The notes: generated by a model from the letters alone, not told the origin. Positions 1 to 9,826 are shown, counted from the first letter of the stretch. The stretch is DNA of 64,000 nucleotides from a candidate division WWE3 bacterium (GCA_014729135.1 WJKK01000001.1:730919-794918); one strand, 5' to 3'. Numbers and translations are program-made.

Positions 1-869
1 AAGTCGAGATTGCTGGACAGAATCCCAAGGGTACCGTCAACTTCCTTCGCATGGTTCGGAAGGTTGAGATGGTTGAATGGTCTTGGAGTGACAAGTTGGG
101 TAGCCGAAGCCGTCGCCCTGCCTGCTTGGTAATTACTCGCAAGGGTGACATTTATCGTTTTACCGGCAGCGATATCGAGGGCGTTGTCAAAGTCGTAAAC
201 TCCAACTACGTCAAGCAAGGTAAGTGGAGCCACACGACCTTCCATTGCATCTCTCCAGAAGGAACCAAAATCTACTCCTGGAGCCAAAGCTGGGGCGAAG
301 GTTTGTTTTGGCCGCAGGCTTCCTGGGAGGAGGCCATAGCCGAAATTCAGAATGCAGCTCCGCAGGCTAAAGCCCAGGCTGTGGAGAACGTTATAAGGGA
401 AAACTGGCCCCATGCGGCCGGAAAGTTCGACGAGAATCGTGCAGCAATGCACGCATTCGCCGGTGTCGAAGGCCCTATGGAATGGACATGGAACGATGGG
501 CTCGCAAGTCGAAGTCGCCGTCCTGCCTGCCTGATAATCACACCCCAAGGGGATGTGTACCGATTCGAAGGGGGTGACATCGAGGGTGTGGTTAAGGTTA
601 CGAAAGAGGACTATGAGAAAAACGGGAAGTGGAGCAATTCTACCTACCACTGTGTTTCTCCCTCCGGGTCCATAATCTACTCCTGGCGACAGAGTTGGGA
701 AGAAGGTTTGTTCTGGCCACAAGCTTCTTGGGAGGAAGCTATCACCGAAGTTCAACAGGAAGCTCCCCAAGCGAAACCAGAGGCCATTGAGGCTATCATC
801 AGGGAACACTGGAGCAGGGCTGCTGAGAAATTCGATGAGAATCGTGCAGCAATGCAAGCTTTTTCTTAA
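1..869 (+). CDS. Hypothetical protein made of two tandem ~135-aa repeats; probably 5'-partial
   Basis: Frame is open from position 3 through ATG 51. Motifs SRSRRPACL, GKWS and GLFWPQASWEEAI each occur twice with a 405-bp period. Confidence 0.8.
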   Translation, partial: VEIAGQNPKGTVNFLRMVRKVEMVEWSWSDKLGSRSRRPACLVITRKGDIYRFTGSDIEGVVKVVNSNYVKQGKWSHTTFHCISPEGTKIYSWSQSWGEGLFWPQASWEEAIAEIQNAAPQAKAQAVENVIRENWPHAAGKFDENRAAMHAFAGVEGPMEWTWNDGLASRSRRPACLIITPQGDVYRFEGGDIEGVVKVTKEDYEKNGKWSNSTYHCVSPSGSIIYSWRQSWEEGLFWPQASWEEAITEVQQEAPQAKPEAIEAIIREHWSRAAEKFDENRAAMQAFS

Positions 870-1148
870 GAAGACTGTTGTAAAAGTTTCGCTTGGCTAG
901 TTTAGCAAGCAGAAACGGCAGCGATGCTCTCCACAAGAGCATCTAAAAATAAACTAGTGGGGGAGAACTCCAACTCCCAAATCAAAAAGGAAAAAAAGTA
1001 GTCCGAAGGGACATCTCTTACCAAACCAAGTTGTTTTATTGGTTTGTGCGTATAGAGATGTCCCTTTTTTGTTGCCTCTAAAATCCAAAAATAAAAATCC
1101 AAAGAAAAGGTAAACAACCAAAGCATCCAAAGAATGTAAAATAAAACC

Positions 1149-1373
1149 ATGTCAAACAACTCCCTTTGGGACTACAACGAAAAAGAACTCAGTAAAACAG
1201 AATCAGGAAGGGCAAAAATACTGGAAAGAAAGCTTAATTACGGTAGAAAAGGTAACGAGAAAATAAGCATTGCAGAAGTTAAGAAGTACTGGGATAAAAT
1301 GGATCTTTTTCCTTTAACAAGGAAGTTCTGGAAGATGATGTTGGAGGAAACGTCAGCCGGAGTGCCAAATTAG
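1149..1373 (+). CDS. Small hypothetical protein (LWDY motif, DUF6922-like/antitoxin-like)
   Basis: 74 aa with the SLWDYN...ILERKLNYG pattern typical of small proteins found beside nucleotidyltransferase toxins. Family call is tentative. Confidence 0.55.
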   Translation: MSNNSLWDYNEKELSKTESGRAKILERKLNYGRKGNEKISIAEVKKYWDKMDLFPLTRKFWKMMLEETSAGVPN

Positions 1374-1606
1374 GCCTAAATCAGGCTCTAAGGGCTTAAA
1401 ATCAAATCCAAAAAACATCCAAAAATTGACAAAATCACCCCAAACACTTATATTGCGTAAGCTTAGAACTTGTATATAATAAAAGCACCTTAAGCAATAA
1501 GCAGAGCAAAGAGATAAAGAAAATCTAAAAGAAAATCTAACCGAGCCTACTAAAAGCAAGCTCAAATTAAGCTTAAGCAAACAACAAACTAAAAGGAAAA
1601 ACTAAA

Positions 1607-1762
1607 ATGCCGGTACCAAAAAGAAAACACAGCAAAAGACGAAGCAAAATAAAGCGCTACAACCACTACATCCGTAAACTTAAAAAAAAGGTTAAGAATG
1701 TTGTAAAGGTAAAGGAGGGAGTGTACAAACGACCTCATGTGGAGGAGGAAGTCCAGATTTAA
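1607..1762 (+). CDS. rpmF: 50S ribosomal protein L32 (no Zn-binding Cys)
   Basis: Missing from the ORF track. Manual translation MPVPKRKHSKRRSKIKR...RPHVEEEVQI (51 aa) has the L32 N-terminal signature. Confidence 0.9.
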   Translation: MPVPKRKHSKRRSKIKRYNHYIRKLKKKVKNVVKVKEGVYKRPHVEEEVQI

Positions 1763-1848
1763 GAGTTACCGCAAGCACCAAAGAATCGAGTTAGGACCAA
1801 GATCAGCTCCACAACCAAAACCAAACAAAAGCAAATTAAAAACAAAAC

Positions 1849-2301
1849 ATGCCCGGAAAAACCGACAAAAGACACTTAGCACGCAAAATAGCACTAGGCA
1901 CACTCTACTGCTCCTCCGAAAGCAAAGAAATCCCCATAGAAACCTGCCAAACTCTAGCAGAAGAAACCCTCGAAATAACCCAAACCCAAGAGAAAAAAGA
2001 AGAATACGACCAAGAACTGGCCAAAGAGCTCATCCAAAAAACCCCCGAAAACAAAGAAAAAATTAATCCCATCATAAAAGAATGCGCCCCTCAATGGCCC
2101 CTAGAAAAAATCTTTAAAATCGACTTAATAATATTACAAATAGCAATCTACGAACTCTTGATAAAACAGAACACACCCGATAAAGTAGTTCTAGACGAAG
2201 CCGTAGAACTTGCCAAAGAATACGGCAACGACACATCAAGTAGTTTTGTAAACGGCGTCTTAGGCACCGTTTTTGAAAGAAAGGACAAATATGTATCTTA
2301 A
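1849..2301 (+). CDS. nusB: Transcription antitermination factor NusB
   Basis: WPLEKI...IDLIILQIAIYE...VVLDEAVELAKEYG...FVNGVLG. Confidence 0.95.
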   Translation: MPGKTDKRHLARKIALGTLYCSSESKEIPIETCQTLAEETLEITQTQEKKEEYDQELAKELIQKTPENKEKINPIIKECAPQWPLEKIFKIDLIILQIAIYELLIKQNTPDKVVLDEAVELAKEYGNDTSSSFVNGVLGTVFERKDKYVS

Positions 2302-2518
2302 AAAAGTTCAAAAAGTTATATTGGAAAAGACAGGAATTGAGCCTGAAGAGGTAGAGCCGGCAGATTATTTTGCAGAGGATTTAAATCTGGGCGAACTGGA
2401 GTTGCAGGAAATTCTGGAGGCTCTGGAGGAGGAGTACGAATTGGAGCTAACGGAGCGTATAGAGGAAATTGAGACAATTGAGGATTTGGTGACGCTTTTA
2501 TCGGAGGAGCTGGACTAA
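2291..2518 (+). CDS. Acyl-carrier-protein-like protein lacking the conserved Ser
   Basis: Acidic 75-aa ACP-like sequence upstream of rnc. The DSL motif reads GEL. ATG 2291 chosen as start. Confidence 0.75.
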   Translation: MYLKKVQKVILEKTGIEPEEVEPADYFAEDLNLGELELQEILEALEEEYELELTERIEEIETIEDLVTLLSEELD

Positions 2519-2566
2519 AAAGAGAAACCGAACTAAAAACTAGTTAAAATCCTGTCCGAAAAGCCA

Positions 2567-3265
2567 ATGCAACATTATATAGACACAAAAAAACTAGGTG
2601 AGATCCTGGAAATAGAGATTAAAAAGGAGAATTTATTCACTAAGGCGTTTACGCATCGCTCTTATTTAAACGAGCATCCGACTTATGAGTTTCCTTCAAA
2701 TGAGCGGTTGGAGTTTTTGGGAGATGCGGTTTTGCAGCTAATTTCCTCTGAGTATCTTTTTGGAAAGTATGAAAATCCTGAAGGTGACTTAACTAATTTT
2801 AGGGCAGCTTTGGTTTGCACTAAGTCGCTGGCGCAGGAAGCACGCCGCCTAGGTTATGGTGACTTTTTGCTGCTTTCTAAAGGGGAGGAGGCCACAGGAG
2901 GACGTAACCGTCAGTACATTTTAGCTAATACTTTTGAGGCGGTTTTGGGCGCCATATACCTCCAGGAGGGCCTAGAAACATGTCAAGAATTTGTAACTAG
3001 AGAGCTTTTATATAAGGCAGATAAAATTATTGAGGAGGAAACCTATAAAGATGCTAAATCTCAGTTTCAAGAGGAGGCGCAGGAAAAACTGGGAGTAACT
3101 CCGCAGTATAAAGTGCTGGATTCTTGGGGACCCGATCATGAAAAGCAATTTAAAGTTGGCGTTTACTTGGCACGTGAAGAATATGGAGTGGGCCAAGGCT
3201 CCAGTAAACAGAAAGCAGAGCAGCAAGCAGCCGTTAAGGCATTGGACAAGCTAACCACTGTTTGA
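2567..3265 (+). CDS. rnc: Ribonuclease III
   Basis: NERLEFLGDAVL signature and C-terminal dsRBD. Confidence 0.97.
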   Translation: MQHYIDTKKLGEILEIEIKKENLFTKAFTHRSYLNEHPTYEFPSNERLEFLGDAVLQLISSEYLFGKYENPEGDLTNFRAALVCTKSLAQEARRLGYGDFLLLSKGEEATGGRNRQYILANTFEAVLGAIYLQEGLETCQEFVTRELLYKADKIIEEETYKDAKSQFQEEAQEKLGVTPQYKVLDSWGPDHEKQFKVGVYLAREEYGVGQGSSKQKAEQQAAVKALDKLTTV

Positions 3266-3279
3266 TAGAATCCTTCCGT

Positions 3280-3648
3280 ATGTCAGTAACAATAAGATTA
3301 GCGCGAATAGGAAAGAAAAACGCACCGGCCTATAAAATAGTTGCAGCTCAAACCCGCACAAAGAGGACCGGTAAATTTCTGGACGTCCTGGGCTATTTCA
3401 ATCCGTCAGAAGGAAACGACGTTTATGAGATAGACATGGACAAATATCAAGATTGGAAAAATAAAGGTGCTCTCTCTACGGAAGCTGTGGAGAAGTTGAT
3501 TGAAGGCACCTATGAATATAAAGTTTATAACCCTAATGCTGAGGAAGAGGTAGAGGAAGAACCCAAGGAGGAAGCGGAAGCGACTCCAGAGGAGGATTCC
3601 ACTGAAGCTGAAACTGAAGCGGGGGAAGAGAAGGAGAACAATAAATGA
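3280..3648 (+). CDS. rpsP: 30S ribosomal protein S16 with acidic tail
   Basis: MSVTIRLARIGKKNAPAYKIV; ATG 3280. Confidence 0.95.
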   Translation: MSVTIRLARIGKKNAPAYKIVAAQTRTKRTGKFLDVLGYFNPSEGNDVYEIDMDKYQDWKNKGALSTEAVEKLIEGTYEYKVYNPNAEEEVEEEPKEEAEATPEEDSTEAETEAGEEKENNK

Positions 3649-4055
3649 AAGAATTTGTTCAGTACCTAGTACAAAGTATTGCAAAACATCCTGAGGATGT
3701 TGAAGTAGTTGAGAAGCAACTCGACGAGACCTATATTAAGGAGGAAATTTCAGTTCACCCTGATGACATGGGTCTTATTATTGGGCGAAACGGCCGCACT
3801 ATTCGTAGTGTGCGTGAGTTGGCTAAGGCAAAGGCTATTAAGGCTAATGTTAAGGTTGACGTTGAGCTTTTGGAGCCTGACCGAGAGGAGAAGGGCGTTA
3901 AGGAGGCTGTAGAGGAGGCTGCTGAAGAAGTGGCTGACACTGCAGAGGAGGTTGTTGATTCCGTTGAGAATGAGGTTAATGAGATGGCGGAGGAGCTTAT
4001 GGATATGGTTGAGGGTGATGATGAGGCTGATTCCGAGGAGGTTGAGGCTGCTTAA
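3645..4055 (+). CDS. khpA: KH-domain RNA-binding protein (KhpA/YlqC) with acidic tail
   Basis: DMGLIIGRNGRTI GxxG loop; follows rpsP. Confidence 0.9.
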   Translation: MKEFVQYLVQSIAKHPEDVEVVEKQLDETYIKEEISVHPDDMGLIIGRNGRTIRSVRELAKAKAIKANVKVDVELLEPDREEKGVKEAVEEAAEEVADTAEEVVDSVENEVNEMAEELMDMVEGDDEADSEEVEAA

Positions 4056-4116
4056 GCTTTAAGTTAGTTAACGAGAAGGCAATTATTTTCTTCTTTTTAA
4101 ATAAAGGAGGAACTTG

Positions 4117-4142
4117 AAACCCCCACTTTGTGGGGGTTTTTT
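4117..4142 (+). terminator. Intrinsic terminator
   Basis: AAACCCCCA-CTTTG-TGGGGGTTT followed by a T-tract, after khpA. Confidence 0.7.
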
Positions 4143-4162
4143 GTTATTGCTATAATCTAAAC

Positions 4163-4843
4163 ATGCTAACCATAAACATAATCACATTATTCCCTGAGCT
4201 CATAGAACCTTACCTTGAAAGACTCCCCTTTAGTAGAGCCATTGAAAAGGGAGCATTAGAAGTAAATTTAATCCAACTTAAAAACTATGCAATTGATGAG
4301 CGGGGAACAGTTGACGGCAGGCCTTATGGAGGGGGAGTGGGGATGCTTTTACGAATTGAGCCGGTTTGGCAAGCTTTGGAAAGTGTTTATGGCGCCTTTG
4401 ATAATCCCGAAAAAATACAGGCAGATTTAGAAAACACAATTATTGGCTTAACCCCTTCAGGAAAAACTTTTACTCAAAAAAAGGCGCAAGAACTTAGCAA
4501 AAAATCAACTATAACTTTAATTTGCGGGCGTTACGAAGGGATGGATGCACGAATTAAGCAGCATTTAACTACAGAAAACATCTCCATTGGGAACTATGTG
4601 CTTTCAGGTGGAGAAATTCCGGCTTTAGCTATTATGGAGGCAGTTGTGCGACTCCTCCCGGAGGCTATAGAAAAGGAAGAGGCAACCCTGCTGGAGTCTT
4701 TTTCACAGGGGCTTGATCAAAAAAAGGAATACCCGCAATTTACACGCCCTGAAACCTACAAAGGATTGGCGGTACCGGAGGTGCTACTTTCAGGCCATCA
4801 CGAGAAGATAAAAAAATGGCAAAAAGATCAAATTAACTCTTAA
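4163..4843 (+). CDS. trmD: tRNA (guanine-N1)-methyltransferase TrmD
   Basis: VDGRPYGGGVGM, CGRYEG, ISIGNYVLSGGE, YPQFTRP. ATG 4163 lies 6 nt after TGCTATAAT. Confidence 0.97.
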   Translation: MLTINIITLFPELIEPYLERLPFSRAIEKGALEVNLIQLKNYAIDERGTVDGRPYGGGVGMLLRIEPVWQALESVYGAFDNPEKIQADLENTIIGLTPSGKTFTQKKAQELSKKSTITLICGRYEGMDARIKQHLTTENISIGNYVLSGGEIPALAIMEAVVRLLPEAIEKEEATLLESFSQGLDQKKEYPQFTRPETYKGLAVPEVLLSGHHEKIKKWQKDQINS

Positions 4844-4844
4844 A

Positions 4845-6881
4845 ATGTCTCAAACTTTAGAAATACTACTGCATGACGGAATAAACTATCTATTGCCGCT
4901 AAACCTCTTTAATTTCGTAATGTTGGTAACAGGATTACCCCTGGGATTAAAAATCGCAAAAAAAGAAGTAAGCCACATAAGCACAGTTAGTTTAATTTTA
5001 GTAGGATACACAACCTTTGCATTAAATCATTTAAACTCACAACTATTTCCATTTAATAAAAAAACCTTACTTATAATCCTGGCTCTATGGTCAATCACAA
5101 ATGCGATTATTTGTTTTAAAGACAAAAACCTACAGCTAATTAAAACCAAGGCACTCCTAAAATATTCTCTTGCTTTCCTTTTAATAAGCACTTTCCTATA
5201 TCTGCTTAAATCCTTTGAACCGGAAATAAATCACATAGAAAGAACCATGAGCTTGGGAATTTTAAACGCGTTGGAAAAAACAACCAAACTACCTCCTAAT
5301 GATTTTTGGCTGGCAGGAAAGCAGCTTAACTATTATTATTTTGGCCATTTTTTGATAAGTAGCCTGCTAAAGCTAACACAAATACAACCTGTACCCGGAT
5401 TTTATGTAGGAACTATCTGGATGTATACAACCTTTATGCTCCTAACTTACACCACTGCAAAAAACTTATATGAAAAATTCTCCTCCAATAAAAGTGGGCA
5501 AAAAAAAGAGGCGGCACTTATAAGCACTTACTTCGTAACTCTGGGGGGAACACTGTATCCTTTTAGGTGGTTTATAGAGAATGTTATTAGACTGCTGGAA
5601 AAGCAAAAAGCAGTATCTTTTTTGTTTACGGAAGCTATAAGACCCAATAACCATAGACTTCTAGATATTCCACTATATAGCTTTTTATTTCATGAGTTAC
5701 ATGCGCATACTTGGGGGTTTATATTGGGCCTTATGATAATTAATGCTTTAATTCAATTAAAGAGTAGCCACATAAAAAAGGAGTTCGCTAAAATCGCATG
5801 GACAGGGTTCCTATTGGGAATAACTTTTATGACTAATTCTTGGGACACATTAACATTAGGAGTGCTCGTGGGAAGCACAATACTCTTTTACCTGAAGCCT
5901 AGAAAATTCGACCTGCAAACAATAGCAAAAAAAATAACGGGAATACTAGCGGTAATCACAATCGTTCTTATAACAGCACTGCCCTGGAAAAGCACCTTTA
6001 CATCTCCTATAACAGGAATAGCCATTACAGGAAACTCAACACCAATAATGCTATTACTTAGCTACTGGGGAACTTTTTTAGGAACCCTGATCCTGTACTT
6101 AATAGCGCAAATAAAATCAAAAAGGAAAGTTTGGTCCGTAAAGAAACCGGAGATCACTTTTCCACTCGTCATCCTGCTTATAGGAATAGTGCTACTAATC
6201 GCTATAGAAATATTTAGTGTAAAAGACCTTTTGGTAACAGTACAAAACAATGGATTTAACACTTTCTGGAAAACAAGCTTGCAGGTATGGATATGGTTTA
6301 ACCTTTTTACAGGAATCTTCCTAGTAGAGGCCTACAAAAAAACCAAGAACAAAAGGCTCTATGCAATTCTTTTTATGGTACTTATATTTACAACGGCCAA
6401 TTTCAGCGGAAAGATGCTTTTTCAAGGTGTTTTTAAGGATAAAAAGTTCTCCGGAATAAAAAATGGATTAGCCTTTTGGCAGGAAAGTTACCCCCAAGAA
6501 TATGAAATTTACAACTACTTAAAATCCCAAGAAGCGGACTCAAGTTTGGTCATTGCAGAAGCCCCTGGGCAAAGTTACACACATTACAACCTAATGTCGG
6601 CATTCGTAGGAGCCGAATCAGTATTAGGATGGTACACCCACGAGATAACATGGAGAAATGAGCCAACGGAACTTAAAAGGAGGCAAAGGGACTTGTATAA
6701 ACTATATACAAAAGCTTCGGTGGAAGAGGCGAAAAAAATAGTGCAAGACTACAAAATTGACTACATCATTGTTTCCGATAAAGAGAGAGAGACCTACAAG
6801 GATTTAAATGAGAAAACTTTAAGCAGGATAGGGAAAGTAGAATATAAAACCAAGGACATACTGCTTATCAAGGTAATTTAA
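4845..6881 (+). CDS. YYY-motif multi-pass membrane protein (DUF2298 / GT-C-like)
   Basis: LPPNDFWLAGKQLNYYYFGHF, LHAH and TNSWD motifs; many TM helices. Confidence 0.8.
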   Translation: MSQTLEILLHDGINYLLPLNLFNFVMLVTGLPLGLKIAKKEVSHISTVSLILVGYTTFALNHLNSQLFPFNKKTLLIILALWSITNAIICFKDKNLQLIKTKALLKYSLAFLLISTFLYLLKSFEPEINHIERTMSLGILNALEKTTKLPPNDFWLAGKQLNYYYFGHFLISSLLKLTQIQPVPGFYVGTIWMYTTFMLLTYTTAKNLYEKFSSNKSGQKKEAALISTYFVTLGGTLYPFRWFIENVIRLLEKQKAVSFLFTEAIRPNNHRLLDIPLYSFLFHELHAHTWGFILGLMIINALIQLKSSHIKKEFAKIAWTGFLLGITFMTNSWDTLTLGVLVGSTILFYLKPRKFDLQTIAKKITGILAVITIVLITALPWKSTFTSPITGIAITGNSTPIMLLLSYWGTFLGTLILYLIAQIKSKRKVWSVKKPEITFPLVILLIGIVLLIAIEIFSVKDLLVTVQNNGFNTFWKTSLQVWIWFNLFTGIFLVEAYKKTKNKRLYAILFMVLIFTTANFSGKMLFQGVFKDKKFSGIKNGLAFWQESYPQEYEIYNYLKSQEADSSLVIAEAPGQSYTHYNLMSAFVGAESVLGWYTHEITWRNEPTELKRRQRDLYKLYTKASVEEAKKIVQDYKIDYIIVSDKERETYKDLNEKTLSRIGKVEYKTKDILLIKVI

Positions 6882-7315
6882 GAGGAGGGAGATTCTGTAA
6901 GGGGAAGACAGGTGCCGGAACCATCGCATTTTTCAACCATACCCGCGGTGGAATCGTATTCATAAGTACCCCCATCTGATGCGGGACCAACCACAACAAA
7001 ACTGCTGCCTGAGGGGGAAGAATAAGTGTAAGTGTCGCCCTCTTGGGGAGAGTCATCGGGCCAGCTTGTAACATAGGGGGAGTCGGCTAAAGTTGATTGA
7101 TCGGGATAATAACCTTCTAACAAATAAAACGATTCGGCTGCCTCCGCAAGCTTTTTAACATTAGCAATTCGCACAGAATCGCGCGTTTGATTCCTGTAAA
7201 ACTCTGGCTTTAGGACCGAAAAAACCACTCCGGATAAGATCCCCAAGAGAACTACTACTATAAGAAGCTCTACCAACGTAAAACCTGCCTTTTCTTTTCC
7301 TAAAAAATTCAACAT
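6878..7315 (-). CDS. Type IV pilin / GspG-like pseudopilin
   Basis: G|FTLVE class III signal followed by a hydrophobic helix. Confidence 0.9.
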   Translation of the reverse strand: MLNFLGKEKAGFTLVELLIVVVLLGILSGVVFSVLKPEFYRNQTRDSVRIANVKKLAEAAESFYLLEGYYPDQSTLADSPYVTSWPDDSPQEGDTYTYSSPSGSSFVVVGPASDGGTYEYDSTAGMVEKCDGSGTCLPLTESPSS

Positions 7316-7323
7316 AATAATTG

Positions 7324-8352
7324 TTACTGAAACACGGGAGTTCCTGTAGCCCCGCCCGATTCAAGGCATTGTGCACCAGAACAGATATAGGGGGAACAGC
7401 AATCACTATCCCCGGAACAATAACCACCCAAGCTCTGGCAAGGCTCCATACATCTATCTGATATACAAACATAACCGGAACAACAGTCTGAATCGTCCGA
7501 ACAGGGATCGTAGTAGCCCTCACATTCCAAGCAAAGGTTCTCATAGCAACTGCTGCCAGTGGAGTCTCCGCAGCACTGAAAGTCATAATCGCAGGAGGCT
7601 CCGGTAGCACCACAGCAATCAGCATCCGCATAGTCGGTATTTCCATCACAGTCATTATCCACACTATCCGAGCAACTCGACTCTGAACCAGTCTGGCAGT
7701 CAGTATCGGCACAATCAACAAAACCGTTGCAATTATTATCAACACCGTCTGAGCAGGAAACCTCAGTATCTCCTTGACAATCCAGGTCGGCGCAGTCAAT
7801 AAGGCCATCGCAATCATTATCCGTACCATCAAAACAGGCAACTTCTATAGGATCGCAACTTGGCGGTGTAGTACCACTACCAGTGCCATCACCGAAATCA
7901 AATGAAGTATCTGTTGCTAAACCTCCAGAAAGACCCTCACAGATCCCTCCTAAACATTCGTATAACTGTCCGGTATCTGAATGATATTCATAAGTCCCTC
8001 CGGATGAATTTGCTACTGAAACCGTAAAAGCACCGGAAGTGTAAGAATAAACATAAGCATCGTCACCAGTGGGAGAGCCGTCTGGCCAGTTTGGTAAATA
8101 GTCAACTGCAGCAAGGGCGGCCTGACTTTCTGGATAGCCTCCTTCTAAATTTGCATACACTTCTGCGGCGTCCGCTAACTTTTTCACGTTGGCTATTCGT
8201 ACAGAATCCCGTGATTGGTTTCGAGCAGCTTCAGGACGTATAACTGTTAAACCAACAGCTGCTAAAATCCCCACTAAAACAACAACAATGAGAAGCTCCA
8301 CCAAAGTAAATCCATACTTTCTATCTTTAATATCTTTTAATAGTACTTGCAT
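7324..8352 (-). CDS. Type IV pilin with Cys-rich C-terminal repeat extension
   Basis: G|FTLVE; three CxDxxDNxCxGxxDxADxDC repeats and three C-C-CC-C-C modules. Confidence 0.88.
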   Translation of the reverse strand: MQVLLKDIKDRKYGFTLVELLIVVVLVGILAAVGLTVIRPEAARNQSRDSVRIANVKKLADAAEVYANLEGGYPESQAALAAVDYLPNWPDGSPTGDDAYVYSYTSGAFTVSVANSSGGTYEYHSDTGQLYECLGGICEGLSGGLATDTSFDFGDGTGSGTTPPSCDPIEVACFDGTDNDCDGLIDCADLDCQGDTEVSCSDGVDNNCNGFVDCADTDCQTGSESSCSDSVDNDCDGNTDYADADCCGATGASCDYDFQCCGDSTGSSCYENLCLECEGYYDPCSDDSDCCSGYVCISDRCMEPCQSLGGYCSGDSDCCSPYICSGAQCLESGGATGTPVFQ

Positions 8353-8354
8353 AC

Positions 8355-9218
8355 TTATTCAGCTTCCGGTGTGGCTGCGGGAGCTTCCGATTCTTCCGCA
8401 GAGCCCTCCTCAAGTTCCTCCGGGGGAGTTTCCTCTACAACTATGTAATCCTCGGGAGAAATATCATAATGCCTTAAACTCTTAACCTTCTCTATAAAAG
8501 CGGTGAATTGAGGACTTGCAATATCGAGCTCAATGACCTCGTCGGTTACTGCATCTGCACGCACATCCAAATAGGGGGAAATCAGCTTAAAATTAGCAGA
8601 AAAGCCTGTCGCATCTTCCTGTTCGCTTTTGTTATAGCGGAAATCTTCCACTACAACTAAGCGGGAGGCATTTTCAACCCTTTGCATTAAGGCCAAAAGA
8701 CCTTGACGGGGTCCTAAAGCCTCCAAAGATACGGTCACATTTTCGTAAGAAACATTTTGGGCGCCTCCGGAGGGATCTGAAGAACTTGAGGAACCTACAG
8801 CGGGTACAGCTGAGCTACTCCCTTTGCTGTATGCAAGTTGCTCTACACCTAAAACGGATTCCCTTGCCATCAAATCTACCTGAGCTAGAAGCTCAGGAAC
8901 TGTTGGTTCGGACACTAAAGTCTTGTTTATAAAATCAGAATACTCCCGAACAACTTCTTCTAAATCAACCAGTAAATTAAGCGTGGAAACTTTGGTTTGC
9001 AACTGGCGGGAAAGATGCTGCTTCTCATCTAGGTTCTCTTGGATAAGAGGCATCTCCTGATATTTAGGGAAAAGGACTAAAAAAAGTAACAAGCCGGTAG
9101 CAATAAGCGAGATCAAAGGTATTAAAAAGTTTAACAAAAAGCCAGTCACCTTAGAAAGATCAAAGCCTTTTACATTAAGGCTATCTAAATTAACTTCTTG
9201 ATTTAAATCCAAAGCCAT
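8355..9218 (-). CDS. pilO: Type IV pilus assembly protein PilO-like
   Basis: Single TM plus coiled coil; RLVVVEDF motif; follows pilM and pilN. Confidence 0.7.
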   Translation of the reverse strand: MALDLNQEVNLDSLNVKGFDLSKVTGFLLNFLIPLISLIATGLLLFLVLFPKYQEMPLIQENLDEKQHLSRQLQTKVSTLNLLVDLEEVVREYSDFINKTLVSEPTVPELLAQVDLMARESVLGVEQLAYSKGSSSAVPAVGSSSSSDPSGGAQNVSYENVTVSLEALGPRQGLLALMQRVENASRLVVVEDFRYNKSEQEDATGFSANFKLISPYLDVRADAVTDEVIELDIASPQFTAFIEKVKSLRHYDISPEDYIVVEETPPEELEEGSAEESEAPAATPEAE

Positions 9219-9826
9219 TAAAACCCTTTCTTTAAAGCCTCCCCGTTATAAGTAATGGAAATCACGTAATCTACAGTGGAATCGTTAGAATTTAAGGTCA
9301 CTGAGTTTAGGTAGGCCGTTTTAAAAATTGGAGTTTTTGAAGCACTTGGAGTTGATTCGTTAATAGAAGGATCTAAAACCTCCTGTTTATTTAAGTTAGC
9401 TAAAAATTCAGAAACCAGTAAGTAATTGGAGGCTCTTCCCGACACCGAAAGCTCCGAAGGTCCTTCAAAAGAAAAGGACGTCACCTCCACACCCTCCGGA
9501 ATACGCGAATTAAAATCCGCTAACAAATCCGAATAATACAGTCGAGAATTTAAAATCCCCGACAAAGCCTGATACTTTTTATACAAATTACGTGCCACAA
9601 TTTCCGTTGAAGCCATTCCCTTAATTTCAGAACGCGCCTTCTCAATACGGGATTCCTCCACTTCTATCTGCTTTTTTAAATCAGCTACCTTGAAATAAAA
9701 GTAAGCGCTAACACCGGCAACCAAAACAAACAAAACAATAGAAATAATTGAACTAAACTTAATAGCCTTAGTTTTAAACTGCTCAACTTTTTCTTCTTTT
9801 GTTAGTAAGTTTATGTCTGAATTCAT
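9218..9826 (-). CDS. pilN: Type IV pilus assembly protein PilN
   Basis: N-terminal INLL PilM-binding motif, TM, coiled coil. Confidence 0.85.
   Translation of the reverse strand: MNSDINLLTKEEKVEQFKTKAIKFSSIISIVLFVLVAGVSAYFYFKVADLKKQIEVEESRIEKARSEIKGMASTEIVARNLYKKYQALSGILNSRLYYSDLLADFNSRIPEGVEVTSFSFEGPSELSVSGRASNYLLVSEFLANLNKQEVLDPSINESTPSASKTPIFKTAYLNSVTLNSNDSTVDYVISITYNGEALKKGF

Noticed and set aside
1737-2066. Basic 109-aa ORF
   Set aside because: Shadow frame of the A/C-rich nusB 5' region.
7161-7841. 226-aa minus-strand ORF overlapping the Cys-rich pilin
   Set aside because: Off-frame shadow of repetitive Cys/Asp codons.
6878-8352. Diversity-generating retroelement TR/VR pair in the duplicated pilins
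   Set aside because: Differences are not adenine-specific and no reverse transcriptase is present in the window.
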